Positions 47,020 to 55,086 of a stretch of DNA of 64,000 nucleotides are shown here, piece by piece. The stretch's first letter is position 1. Every line of letters begins with the position of its first letter. Below the pieces are notes generated by a model. It worked only from the letters and a program-made list of their open reading frames with translations, was not told where the DNA came from and ran no database searches. The translations under genes and the position numbers were made by a program. The DNA is from an uncultured virus (IMG/VR IMGVR_UViG_3300027229_000005) (taxonomy: Duplodnaviria > Heunggongvirae > Uroviricota > Caudoviricetes): the IMG/VR virus record IMGVR_UViG_3300027229_000005; one strand, given 5' to 3'.

Positions 47020-47053
47020 AACAATTTTAGATTTGACTGTATAAATACTAAAC

Positions 47054-47127
47054 GGCCCGTTCGTCTAGCGGTTTAGGACATCTCCCTTTCACGGAGAAGA
47101 TCACGAGTTCGAATCTCGTACGGGTCA
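47054..47127 (+). tRNA. tRNA-Glu(UUC)
   Basis: GGCCCGT/ACGGGTC acceptor, TCTCC-CTTTCAC-GGAGA, AGTTCGAATCT. Confidence 0.95.
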
Positions 47128-47148
47128 CGAATCTTAATTCAATTCAAA

Positions 47149-47283
47149 ATGGCAAAAGAAAAATGTGTAAGCTGTAGCGTTGAAACTCAATACGAGGAGT
47201 CAACTCACATCGATTTTCGTTATCATTATGTTGAGGGTGCTGGACAATTGTGTTCAAGCTGCCACGACGAAATATATAACTAA
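47149..47283 (+). CDS. 44-aa CxxC...CxxC zinc-finger protein (not in the ORF track)
   Basis: MAKEKCVSCSVETQYEESTHIDFRYHYVEGAGQLCSSCHDEIYN. Confidence 0.75.
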   Translation: MAKEKCVSCSVETQYEESTHIDFRYHYVEGAGQLCSSCHDEIYN

Positions 47284-47489
47284 TGAAAGTCTATATCTAC
47301 ATTTCACAAAAAGACTTGTTGGTTTTCAACGGTCTATTGGCAGACAGTTCGTATATGGGTTCAGGTATTAAAATTGAATATTTTGAAGAGCACTCGCCTG
47401 GAACCCTAATGGTATCAATGGCACTTGATACGTTCATTTATTTTCAAGATCAAGATGTGCTCTTTCAAACTGAATTAATTCAAAACTAA
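47283..47489 (+). CDS. hypothetical protein
   Basis: 68-aa ORF with TAATG coupling. Confidence 0.65.
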   Translation: MKVYIYISQKDLLVFNGLLADSSYMGSGIKIEYFEEHSPGTLMVSMALDTFIYFQDQDVLFQTELIQN

Positions 47490-47490
47490 C

Positions 47491-47805
47491 ATGAATCGAA
47501 GAGACAAACAAACTCGAGTCTTCAAACAGCTTGTTGATCGTCAGCTTCTTCCTTTCGGTAAAACGTATGAAGACGTAATTAGTGACCCGATGTGGTACCT
47601 TCGTTACAAGACTACGCCTGAAGCCGAAAAAGAATTCATTCAATGGGGTGTTGAGTTCTTGCGTAAAGAGCTTAGCATGACCAAGAAGGGAGCTGAAAAC
47701 GAGATGAGCTGGTTTGTTCTACAATGGGGTCTTACAACCAATCAAGAGCTTAACGTTGAGGATTTCATCGCTCAACCAGCTGACAAAGTGGCCAAAGCCA
47801 GCTAA
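47491..47805 (+). CDS. hypothetical protein
   Basis: 104-aa ORF followed by a terminator. Confidence 0.75.
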   Translation: MNRRDKQTRVFKQLVDRQLLPFGKTYEDVISDPMWYLRYKTTPEAEKEFIQWGVEFLRKELSMTKKGAENEMSWFVLQWGLTTNQELNVEDFIAQPADKVAKAS

Positions 47806-47829
47806 TTTGAAACTTTTTTCAATTTTTTT

Positions 47830-47860
47830 AACCCGAGATTTTTTAGTCTCGGGTTTTTTT
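47830..47860 (+). terminator. intrinsic terminator
   Basis: AACCCGAGATT-TTTT-AGTCTCGGGTT plus a T run. Confidence 0.85.
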
Positions 47861-47902
47861 GTTATATTTACTAAGTAATCAGATAACTAATAGACAAAAA
47901 AC

Positions 47903-48229
47903 ATGGCAAGAACTACTTTCACCGCAACAGAAGACATGATTGGTAAGTACATCAACGAGTATCTTTACTCTGACGTTAATCCAGTTGGAAAAATCGTTGG
48001 TATCAAATCGAAGACAATTCTTTATGTACAACCGATCGAAGCTACCAAGAATAAGACTGAGATGGAATTCATTCCAGGTGGTTTTTCAGCACATTGTACC
48101 AACAACAGTGCCCAAGAGTGGGAGTTTGAAGAAGTTGGTGAAGTTGTTGAAATGCGAATGACCCTTGGACGTTATGATTGGCGCAAAATCGCTGATGCTC
48201 CACGTAAACACTATGATTATAACTTCTAA
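47903..48229 (+). CDS. hypothetical (probably early) protein
   Basis: 108 aa with FIPGGFSAHC and terminal HYDYNF; preceded by TTTGTTATATTTAC. Confidence 0.75.
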   Translation: MARTTFTATEDMIGKYINEYLYSDVNPVGKIVGIKSKTILYVQPIEATKNKTEMEFIPGGFSAHCTNNSAQEWEFEEVGEVVEMRMTLGRYDWRKIADAPRKHYDYNF

Positions 48230-48236
48230 TAAAAAT

Positions 48237-48470
48237 ATGGTACTAGACTTAAATCAAGAAATGGCCTGGGTAACTTTCTTCAACGAAGGATGGGAAACCA
48301 TCTGGCACCCAGTAACCGACATCACCGGCAAGCAACTCCACTTTGATGAAACTATCATGGACTATTGTCGCGAACGGTACAATGCTCGCGAAGGCCGCGA
48401 TTGGACTTACTTCGGTATTGCACCCACCTCCCAAATGTTACTAAAGAACGCTGTAAGAGACAACCTATGA
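48237..48470 (+). CDS. hypothetical protein (start MVLDLNQE)
   Basis: ATG 48237 after an A-rich spacer, inside ORF 48165-48470. Confidence 0.65.
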   Translation: MVLDLNQEMAWVTFFNEGWETIWHPVTDITGKQLHFDETIMDYCRERYNAREGRDWTYFGIAPTSQMLLKNAVRDNL

Positions 48471-48664
48471 GATATACTGTAACCTTTCAAATTGACATTG
48501 AATCACGCGATGATAAGCATGCAGTTTCAAAGGCACAAATGATTGCCAATCGGCAGAACGATAAGCACCCTGCACAGCGTTGGATCGTGTCAGATGTATC
48601 TACTCGCCCATGGGCATCATTTAGTTTTAAGAAAGTTGACATCAGTAGTTTAACCGGTAAGTAA
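48467..48664 (+). CDS. hypothetical protein (start MRYTVTFQ)
   Basis: ATGA overlap with the upstream stop. Confidence 0.6.
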   Translation: MRYTVTFQIDIESRDDKHAVSKAQMIANRQNDKHPAQRWIVSDVSTRPWASFSFKKVDISSLTGK

Positions 48665-48921
48665 TGGAAGATCATCATTATTTTGAAAATCCAGCACCCG
48701 AAGAAAAGGTGCTACGTTACGATGCCATCGTGCCAAACGTATGGGACTACACTATGTCTGAATATGCAAGTGTCTTAGCTTCTCACCACAATCGAGTTGG
48801 TGGTTTCGCTAAAGAATCAAAACGTCAATTGGTTGAAGAACACTTTGCTCCTCACAGGGTTCACTGGCGCACACAAACACGGTATTGGGAAGATTACGAT
48901 AAACAAGATGCATGGCGATGA
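48664..48921 (+). CDS. hypothetical protein
   Basis: 85-aa coupled ORF. Confidence 0.6.
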   Translation: MEDHHYFENPAPEEKVLRYDAIVPNVWDYTMSEYASVLASHHNRVGGFAKESKRQLVEEHFAPHRVHWRTQTRYWEDYDKQDAWR

Positions 48922-49499
48922 ATCACAGACAATTTACATGGTGGCGTAGGTTTTACACAACACGACACTTAAAGCAACTGCCCTGGAAAGGTTACTCCGA
49001 GCTTCTCCAGAGAATCGATTATGGTGAGTATGAATTCAATCATCTTGGGTTTGAAGTGTACTTAGAGGATAAGGTTTATCTTGCAGAGATTGAAAAATTA
49101 AAGCAAACCTTAAAGTCAAAGAGTCAAGATGTGATTGAAGAAGCCATCATTCACCTGCGTAAGAAATTCCACAAACGCAAGGAATTTATCATGGAACGAC
49201 ATTTGATTGAAGAACAGAAGTCTTTGAATCGACTTGCGCAGGACTTAGCTTCAGAATTTGGAATGGAAAAGGAACATGTTGAAGAGGTGATGGAAACCTT
49301 TGATGGAACAACACGGCACATTTACTATCATTTACAGTCTATTAATAATAATCGCGTACCCCCGACCGCGGAGGAAGTAGAAATGATCCCAAAGACCGTT
49401 GAACCCCAACCTCGACACGTGCTCAGATATGATGAAATGAAGTGGCAGCCCCTATGGCAAGAAGTTATCACAGAAAAAAAGGTCTGGGGAGCACTTTAA
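48912..49499 (+). CDS. hypothetical protein
   Basis: 195-aa ORF with FTWWRRF near the N-terminus. Confidence 0.75.
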   Translation: MAMNHRQFTWWRRFYTTRHLKQLPWKGYSELLQRIDYGEYEFNHLGFEVYLEDKVYLAEIEKLKQTLKSKSQDVIEEAIIHLRKKFHKRKEFIMERHLIEEQKSLNRLAQDLASEFGMEKEHVEEVMETFDGTTRHIYYHLQSINNNRVPPTAEEVEMIPKTVEPQPRHVLRYDEMKWQPLWQEVITEKKVWGAL

Positions 49500-49534
49500 A
49501 ATAAACAGGCGGAGTACCATGTGATATATACTCT

Positions 49535-50236
49535 ATGATGGAGTTTGATCAGGATTGGTTTAGCCAAGGGCCTATAGATTACGAGTTCAAGAAATACACT
49601 TTAATGGCGAAAATTAAGCGCCTTGAAGGTATGATTAAACTTGGTATAATCTGGCCTATTATTCAGGAGGTTGAGTACCACTTGGATTACCTGTATCGTT
49701 TCAAATATGAGAAAGAAACTCTTGACGATAAGTTAAAGATTGCTAAGGATATTGACTTCGTTAACTTTAGAATTATTTACGAAATTCCTGATGATCAAAT
49801 AGGAGATCAGATGGACGTTCTTCACCGTATTGCAAACGAAGCGATAGTTAAATTTGAAGACGTTTACATGGAAGCAAGATTGGCTTGGAGAGACATTGAA
49901 CCGCATATTAGAATAACGTGGATTCCTTCTAAAACTCCAATTTTAAAGTCAGGATTTGCAGCGATGGTTGACAATAGACAAAAGATTCACCTGTGTAAAT
50001 TTGAAAAACCATCAAAGTTAGGAGGAGATTGGAGAACTTTCAAACTTGAAAAGATTGAAGAAGTTCCATTCACACCAGAAGCAATGGGTAAAATGGTAGA
50101 GATCCATACGCAAATGGACACTCGGATTCCATTTGCAAGAATGGACTATAATATCAATTGTTCGTTTGAAGACGCAATCTTCCCGATAGCCAAGAGTATA
50201 TTATATTCTTCCTTAATGAAGGATTTCACCTCATGA
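49535..50236 (+). CDS. hypothetical protein
   Basis: 233 aa beginning WFSQGPIDYEFKKYTL; GATATATA 4 nt upstream of the ATG. Confidence 0.75.
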   Translation: MMEFDQDWFSQGPIDYEFKKYTLMAKIKRLEGMIKLGIIWPIIQEVEYHLDYLYRFKYEKETLDDKLKIAKDIDFVNFRIIYEIPDDQIGDQMDVLHRIANEAIVKFEDVYMEARLAWRDIEPHIRITWIPSKTPILKSGFAAMVDNRQKIHLCKFEKPSKLGGDWRTFKLEKIEEVPFTPEAMGKMVEIHTQMDTRIPFARMDYNINCSFEDAIFPIAKSILYSSLMKDFTS

Positions 50237-50276
50237 GGGTGATATATAACCAAACATAAAATAAGATAGCATAGAC

Positions 50277-53000
50277 ATGCCTTACGTTTCAAAGGATGAC
50301 ATAATGGTTTATATCGGCAGTAACCTTTCAGTGGTTGCTGGCCAACCATCGACCGTCGAGCTAATCTTGTACAAAGACTACATCAACAATCAGTTGAATG
50401 CCGCTGATGCCGATTCAATTACGGTATCTCTGTACAATTCATTAGGACAAAAGATGTATCAGTACTCAAACCCAGTTATTTCGGGTATTACTGATCTTCT
50501 AACAATGGGTAACCCAGCAACAGCAACGCAGGGTTACATCTCTTTCTCGATCACACCAAACCAGAGCGCAAATCTGGCCAATGGTAACCTTTATGCTCAA
50601 GTAACAATCACATACTCTAACTACTATCCATCAGCGAAGACTTACATTATTCCACAGTTGATGATTGGTACAGTTAGCGGATCAAGTATTACAGGTACTG
50701 GTTCAGGTTCAGGTTCTGGTTCAGGATCGGGTTCAGGATCAACTTCACTTTCAGGTTCAAGTAACGCTTCAAGCCCTTACGTTAGATACCAAGTATCTGC
50801 AGTTGATGGCTCAAACCCATCACTGAAATCAGTCACGTTCAATGCCTCTGATCCTTCACTGGTAACTTCAATCAAGTTTTACAACTTAGATCAGAACAAC
50901 GTTAGAAACGTACTGCTTGAAAATTATCTGATAAAGAGAGACCCGGGCGGTTCTAACGTCAACGCTAACATCGTTGTTACAAACGCAGGTTCTCCAAACC
51001 AATACGCTATCTACGAAATTACAGGTTATAATAGAATTAACGCTGAAGCCGGTGGAGGAGACGATAACGATAATGATTACACTGAAGTTCTAGTTACATA
51101 CGAAGATAGCTCATACTCTCCAGTTGCTTCACCATACGTATGGGAAGTAGGACAGTACATTAGTTATGACATTGATATGTTTGGTGGAGCAGGTTCTGGT
51201 TCAGGAACTGCAGGATCAGACGGCACTTCAGGTTCTTCAGGTACAGACGGTACTTCAGGTTCATCAGGTACTGATGGCGTAGCGGGTCCACAGGGTCCTG
51301 CAGGTGTAGATGGTGTAATAGGTTCTGACGGTTCATCTGGTTCTTCAGGTACTGATGGTACTTCAGGCTCATCTGGCTCTTCAGGTACTGATGGTACTTC
51401 AGGCTCATCTGGTTCTTCAGGTTCTGATGGTACTTCAGGCTCATCTGGTTCTGATGGTACTTCAGGTTCTTCAGGTACTGATGGTACTTCAGGCTCATCT
51501 GGTTCTTCAGGTACTGATGGTACTTCAGGTTCTTCAGGCACTGATGGTACTTCAGGTTCTGATGGTACTTCTGGTTCATCTGGTACAGATGGCGTTGGAG
51601 GTATTACACAGGCTGGAACTAACATTGATGTTTCGGGTTCTGGTACAGTTGCAGACCCTTATGTAATTAGTGCTTCTTCATTAGCAAGTGGATCTTCAGG
51701 TTCATCAGGTACTGATGGTACTTCGGGTTCTTCAGGTACAGACGGTACTTCGGGTTCTTCAGGTACAGACGGTACTTCGGGTTCTTCAGGTACAGACGGT
51801 ACTTCGGGTTCTTCAGGTACAGACGGTACTTCGGGTTCTTCAGGTACTTCAGGAGATAATGGTACTTCAGGTTCATCAGGCACGGACGGCACATCAGGTT
51901 CATCTGGCACAGACGGTACATCGGGTTCTTCAGGTACAGACGGCACTTCAGGTTCATCAGGTACTGATGGCACTTCTGGTTCTTCAGGTACTTCAGGTGA
52001 CAATGGTACTTCGGGTTCTTCAGGTACTTCAGGTGACAATGGTACTTCGGGTTCTTCAGGAACTGATGGTACTTCAGGATCATCAGGCACGGACGGTACT
52101 TCAGGTTCTTCAGGAACTGATGGTACTTCAGGTTCATCGGGTACTTCAGGTGACAATGGTACTTCGGGTTCTTCAGGTACTTCAGGTGACAATGGTACTT
52201 CGGGTTCTTCAGGAACTGATGGTACTTCAGGATCATCAGGCACAGACGGTACTTCAGGTTCTTCAGGAACTGATGGTACTTCAGGTTCATCGGGTACTTC
52301 AGGTGACAATGGTACTTCGGGTTCTTCAGGTACTTCAGGTTCATCTGGCACGGACGGCACTTCTGGTTCTTCGGGTACTAATGGTACTTCAGGTTCTTCA
52401 GGTACAGATGGTACGTCAGGTTCTTCAGGTACTAATGGTCTTGGAATTCCTTCAGGTGGTACATCAGGTCAAGCGCTTGTTAAAATTGACTCTAACCCAT
52501 ATAACGTACAGTGGTCTACTATCTCAGGAGGTTCTGGTTCAGGAACTAACAAGTATCTACTAAGACTTGAATATGATTCATCAAACCACCTAGTTAATAA
52601 CACTACAGATAACAAGTTTGTTTCTGCAACTGGATTCTTGACTGCAAACGCATCAGTTGACTCAGTTTCAGTTAATACTTCAACGGCAATTTATACAGCT
52701 ACAGTTTCATTCAATGAATCAAATCCACCACTTGCAATTCAGGTTCTTGCATGGGATCCTGCAACTTACAAGTATGAAGTTCACGCCTACAGAGTTGACG
52801 CTGCACTAGCTAAAATTGATTCTGCAGCTGCAAACTTCTCTACGTCTGGCACAAATCAACTTGTTCCAAACTTCTTAAATGGTGCATTTACAACATCAAT
52901 GACACTTGACGTAAGAAAAGACTTTATTAAATACGGTAATAAATCAGGTTTGGGTTCTTCTGCAAGAAACGCTCACGCATACGTAATATTTGTATTCTAA
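50277..53000 (+). CDS. virion fibre/surface protein with Ser/Thr-rich Gly-X-Y repeats
   Basis: 907 aa; beta-rich N- and C-terminal domains flank two (GTSGSSGTD)n blocks; late motif at 50241. Confidence 0.8.
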   Translation: MPYVSKDDIMVYIGSNLSVVAGQPSTVELILYKDYINNQLNAADADSITVSLYNSLGQKMYQYSNPVISGITDLLTMGNPATATQGYISFSITPNQSANLANGNLYAQVTITYSNYYPSAKTYIIPQLMIGTVSGSSITGTGSGSGSGSGSGSGSTSLSGSSNASSPYVRYQVSAVDGSNPSLKSVTFNASDPSLVTSIKFYNLDQNNVRNVLLENYLIKRDPGGSNVNANIVVTNAGSPNQYAIYEITGYNRINAEAGGGDDNDNDYTEVLVTYEDSSYSPVASPYVWEVGQYISYDIDMFGGAGSGSGTAGSDGTSGSSGTDGTSGSSGTDGVAGPQGPAGVDGVIGSDGSSGSSGTDGTSGSSGSSGTDGTSGSSGSSGSDGTSGSSGSDGTSGSSGTDGTSGSSGSSGTDGTSGSSGTDGTSGSDGTSGSSGTDGVGGITQAGTNIDVSGSGTVADPYVISASSLASGSSGSSGTDGTSGSSGTDGTSGSSGTDGTSGSSGTDGTSGSSGTDGTSGSSGTSGDNGTSGSSGTDGTSGSSGTDGTSGSSGTDGTSGSSGTDGTSGSSGTSGDNGTSGSSGTSGDNGTSGSSGTDGTSGSSGTDGTSGSSGTDGTSGSSGTSGDNGTSGSSGTSGDNGTSGSSGTDGTSGSSGTDGTSGSSGTDGTSGSSGTSGDNGTSGSSGTSGSSGTDGTSGSSGTNGTSGSSGTDGTSGSSGTNGLGIPSGGTSGQALVKIDSNPYNVQWSTISGGSGSGTNKYLLRLEYDSSNHLVNNTTDNKFVSATGFLTANASVDSVSVNTSTAIYTATVSFNESNPPLAIQVLAWDPATYKYEVHAYRVDAALAKIDSAAANFSTSGTNQLVPNFLNGAFTTSMTLDVRKDFIKYGNKSGLGSSARNAHAYVIFVF
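51202..52440 (+). repeat. 9/27-nt coding repeats (GGT ACT TCA GGT TCT TCA GGT ACN GAY) in two blocks, about 51202-51600 and 51690-52440
   Basis: Visible tandem repeats with synonymous variation; Gly at every third residue. Confidence 0.92.
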
Positions 53001-53004
53001 GACT

Positions 53005-54951
53005 ATGGCAATCTACAATCCAACCAATCCACCCCTATTTCTATCCGGTAGAATCACATCTATTAACGGTTTAGATCAGTATCCTTATGAGGATTCAACT
53101 GGCATTAAAGCAACCGGTGCATATTACACCTTTGAAATCACAGTTGATCAAGTAACTTCGCAATCCATCGGTACTGCTAATTCTCGTTCAGGTAACGTTA
53201 AAGAGTACAATGGATTGGACATTAAGGCTGGAGATTGGGTTACAAGTGAAAATGGTCAGATTGTTCTAAAGATTGAATCAATCGAAACTAAATCCGAAAC
53301 GTCTATTTCTTTTATCGCAAAAGACGTAGATATGATTGCGTATAAACTTTACGCTTCAAATTATCTTACAACAAATTCTAAGCTAGCTTTCTTTGAAGTT
53401 TCAGATAACAATGTGCCTCTTCTAACTACTGGGGCAGTTCAATCTTTCTTTCCAACTCCAGCGTCAATGGATAAGATCCAAGGTCGCTTTGCAGCTGAAG
53501 AAGAAACAGAAAGATACAGATTTGAATTTTCAACTTCTCAAACAGGTTATAATTCAGGCGACATTATTACAGTTTCAGCTGAAGGCGAGTTTGTAAAGCT
53601 TGGAACTCCGGGTGCTGCAGAAGTTCCAGTTGGTTTGGTTCTTGAAAAGACAATGAATGACACTGTAGTTTACATTAAGCCATTTAACACGTTAATTGAT
53701 AACCACTCAAACCCTGAACTTCTTAATGGTAATGCTGGTGAAATCTACTACATGGACCCTACAGTTCCTGGTGGAATCACAACAACTGCTTCAAGAGGAG
53801 CTAAAGCACTTTTCCTACAAGTTAAAGATCCAGTTCAAACTGAAGTTAGAGCTACTATTTCAAACTACTTACCGGGTTCTTCAGACATGATTATCTTTAA
53901 TGAGATTCCAGTGTTTGATGGTTCTTCAGATGAAGTTTCAACAGTTCAAGATTTTGTTGACCTAATTAACGTATCAACTGATGATCACCATATCACAGCA
54001 TCTAAAGAATCAGAGTTTTCATCTTTGCTTTCTAACGCATCTGTTGCAACTAATGGTGTATCAATCCTAGCGCTATCAGATAACACAGGCGCAAGTTACA
54101 CCCAGATTGATGTAACAATCAGCGATGGTACAAATTCAACAACAGTTCTATTTGACCAAACAACAGTAACTTCTCCAATCGCATATCCAGATGCACCGGA
54201 ATACCTATTGGTTAATGCTCAGATCGCAGCTGATCTTTTTAACGCTGCTTTTCAAGCTGATGGCCTAGATCTTGAAGCAATCGCAATCATACCAGGAGAC
54301 GGAGCTTACTCATCTACCTTTGGACAATTGAAGATTCAAGCTATTACATCAACGGCTTCAATCTCTATCACAACAACTGACGTTGACGTTCTAGGAGATA
54401 CATTCCTATCAGGTTTTGGTATCGCGGCTTCAGCCCCTGCAAACGGAGCTGACTTCTTGATTTTAACAAGACAAGATGGTGGAGATCTAATGATCACCGG
54501 TAATGGAACATATATCAACCAAAACGGTATCACATCTTCATCAGCGGGTTCTTCTGCAGTTCTTCTAATGCTAGAAGGCGTTAATGACGAACCAGAAACG
54601 GGAGTTAATGTATCAGTTGATAAAAACCAGGTTGTGGCTTCAACCACAACACACGATCACTATGTGACAGGAATCAATATCGACTACACTCCATTCCAGG
54701 ATAGCGATGTAATTGTTAAAATTAACGGTGTTGAAGTTAACATCGGAGATGGAGACAACGAAGATGATTGTTACTTTACAGATCCTACCCTTTCAGGTTA
54801 CAATACTGATGGAAACGCAATGGTCGCCAAGCTGATTAAAGACATTGCATCCGGCGACGTATTGATCTGGAACCCTACCTATGCAGGTTATGGACTAGAT
54901 CCATCAGATGATATTGACGTTATTTACCAGGCTTCTTCTTACGACCTGTAA
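53005..54951 (+). CDS. putative virion structural protein (start MAIYNP)
   Basis: Acidic, beta-rich; its C-terminal domain is homologous to that of 61592-62350. Confidence 0.7.
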   Translation: MAIYNPTNPPLFLSGRITSINGLDQYPYEDSTGIKATGAYYTFEITVDQVTSQSIGTANSRSGNVKEYNGLDIKAGDWVTSENGQIVLKIESIETKSETSISFIAKDVDMIAYKLYASNYLTTNSKLAFFEVSDNNVPLLTTGAVQSFFPTPASMDKIQGRFAAEEETERYRFEFSTSQTGYNSGDIITVSAEGEFVKLGTPGAAEVPVGLVLEKTMNDTVVYIKPFNTLIDNHSNPELLNGNAGEIYYMDPTVPGGITTTASRGAKALFLQVKDPVQTEVRATISNYLPGSSDMIIFNEIPVFDGSSDEVSTVQDFVDLINVSTDDHHITASKESEFSSLLSNASVATNGVSILALSDNTGASYTQIDVTISDGTNSTTVLFDQTTVTSPIAYPDAPEYLLVNAQIAADLFNAAFQADGLDLEAIAIIPGDGAYSSTFGQLKIQAITSTASISITTTDVDVLGDTFLSGFGIAASAPANGADFLILTRQDGGDLMITGNGTYINQNGITSSSAGSSAVLLMLEGVNDEPETGVNVSVDKNQVVASTTTHDHYVTGINIDYTPFQDSDVIVKINGVEVNIGDGDNEDDCYFTDPTLSGYNTDGNAMVAKLIKDIASGDVLIWNPTYAGYGLDPSDDIDVIYQASSYDL

Positions 54952-54992
54952 AAAAACGCATTTTTTCCAGAAAATATCACTATATTATATCA

Positions 54993-55017
54993 AAAAGGGA
55001 GCTAAACGCTCCCTTTT
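54993..55017. terminator. A/T-flanked hairpin (likely terminator) whose loop is TAAAC
   Basis: AAAAGGGAGC-TAAAC-GCTCCCTTTT. Confidence 0.75.
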
Positions 55018-55086
55018 GTTTTGATATATAGTCTTGAAGCTGGCACAAAGTCGGCTTCAAGAACAAAAAATACGAAAACCACATAC

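Noticed and set aside
51160..52563. Long ORFs in other frames ([14 protein letters not shown] and VLQV repeats)
   Set aside because: Shadow frames of the GTSGSS repeat; only the 50277-53000 frame has flanking globular domains and a promoter.
4810..54966. A-run/T-run pairs at 4810, 21802, 24057 and 54950
   Set aside because: Expected in AT-rich spacers, with no consistent spacing to other elements.
55021..55086. TTG start of the 685-aa ORF
   Set aside because: Overlaps the late motif and leader hairpin; ATG 55087 has an A-rich leader and an N-terminus shared with 61592.
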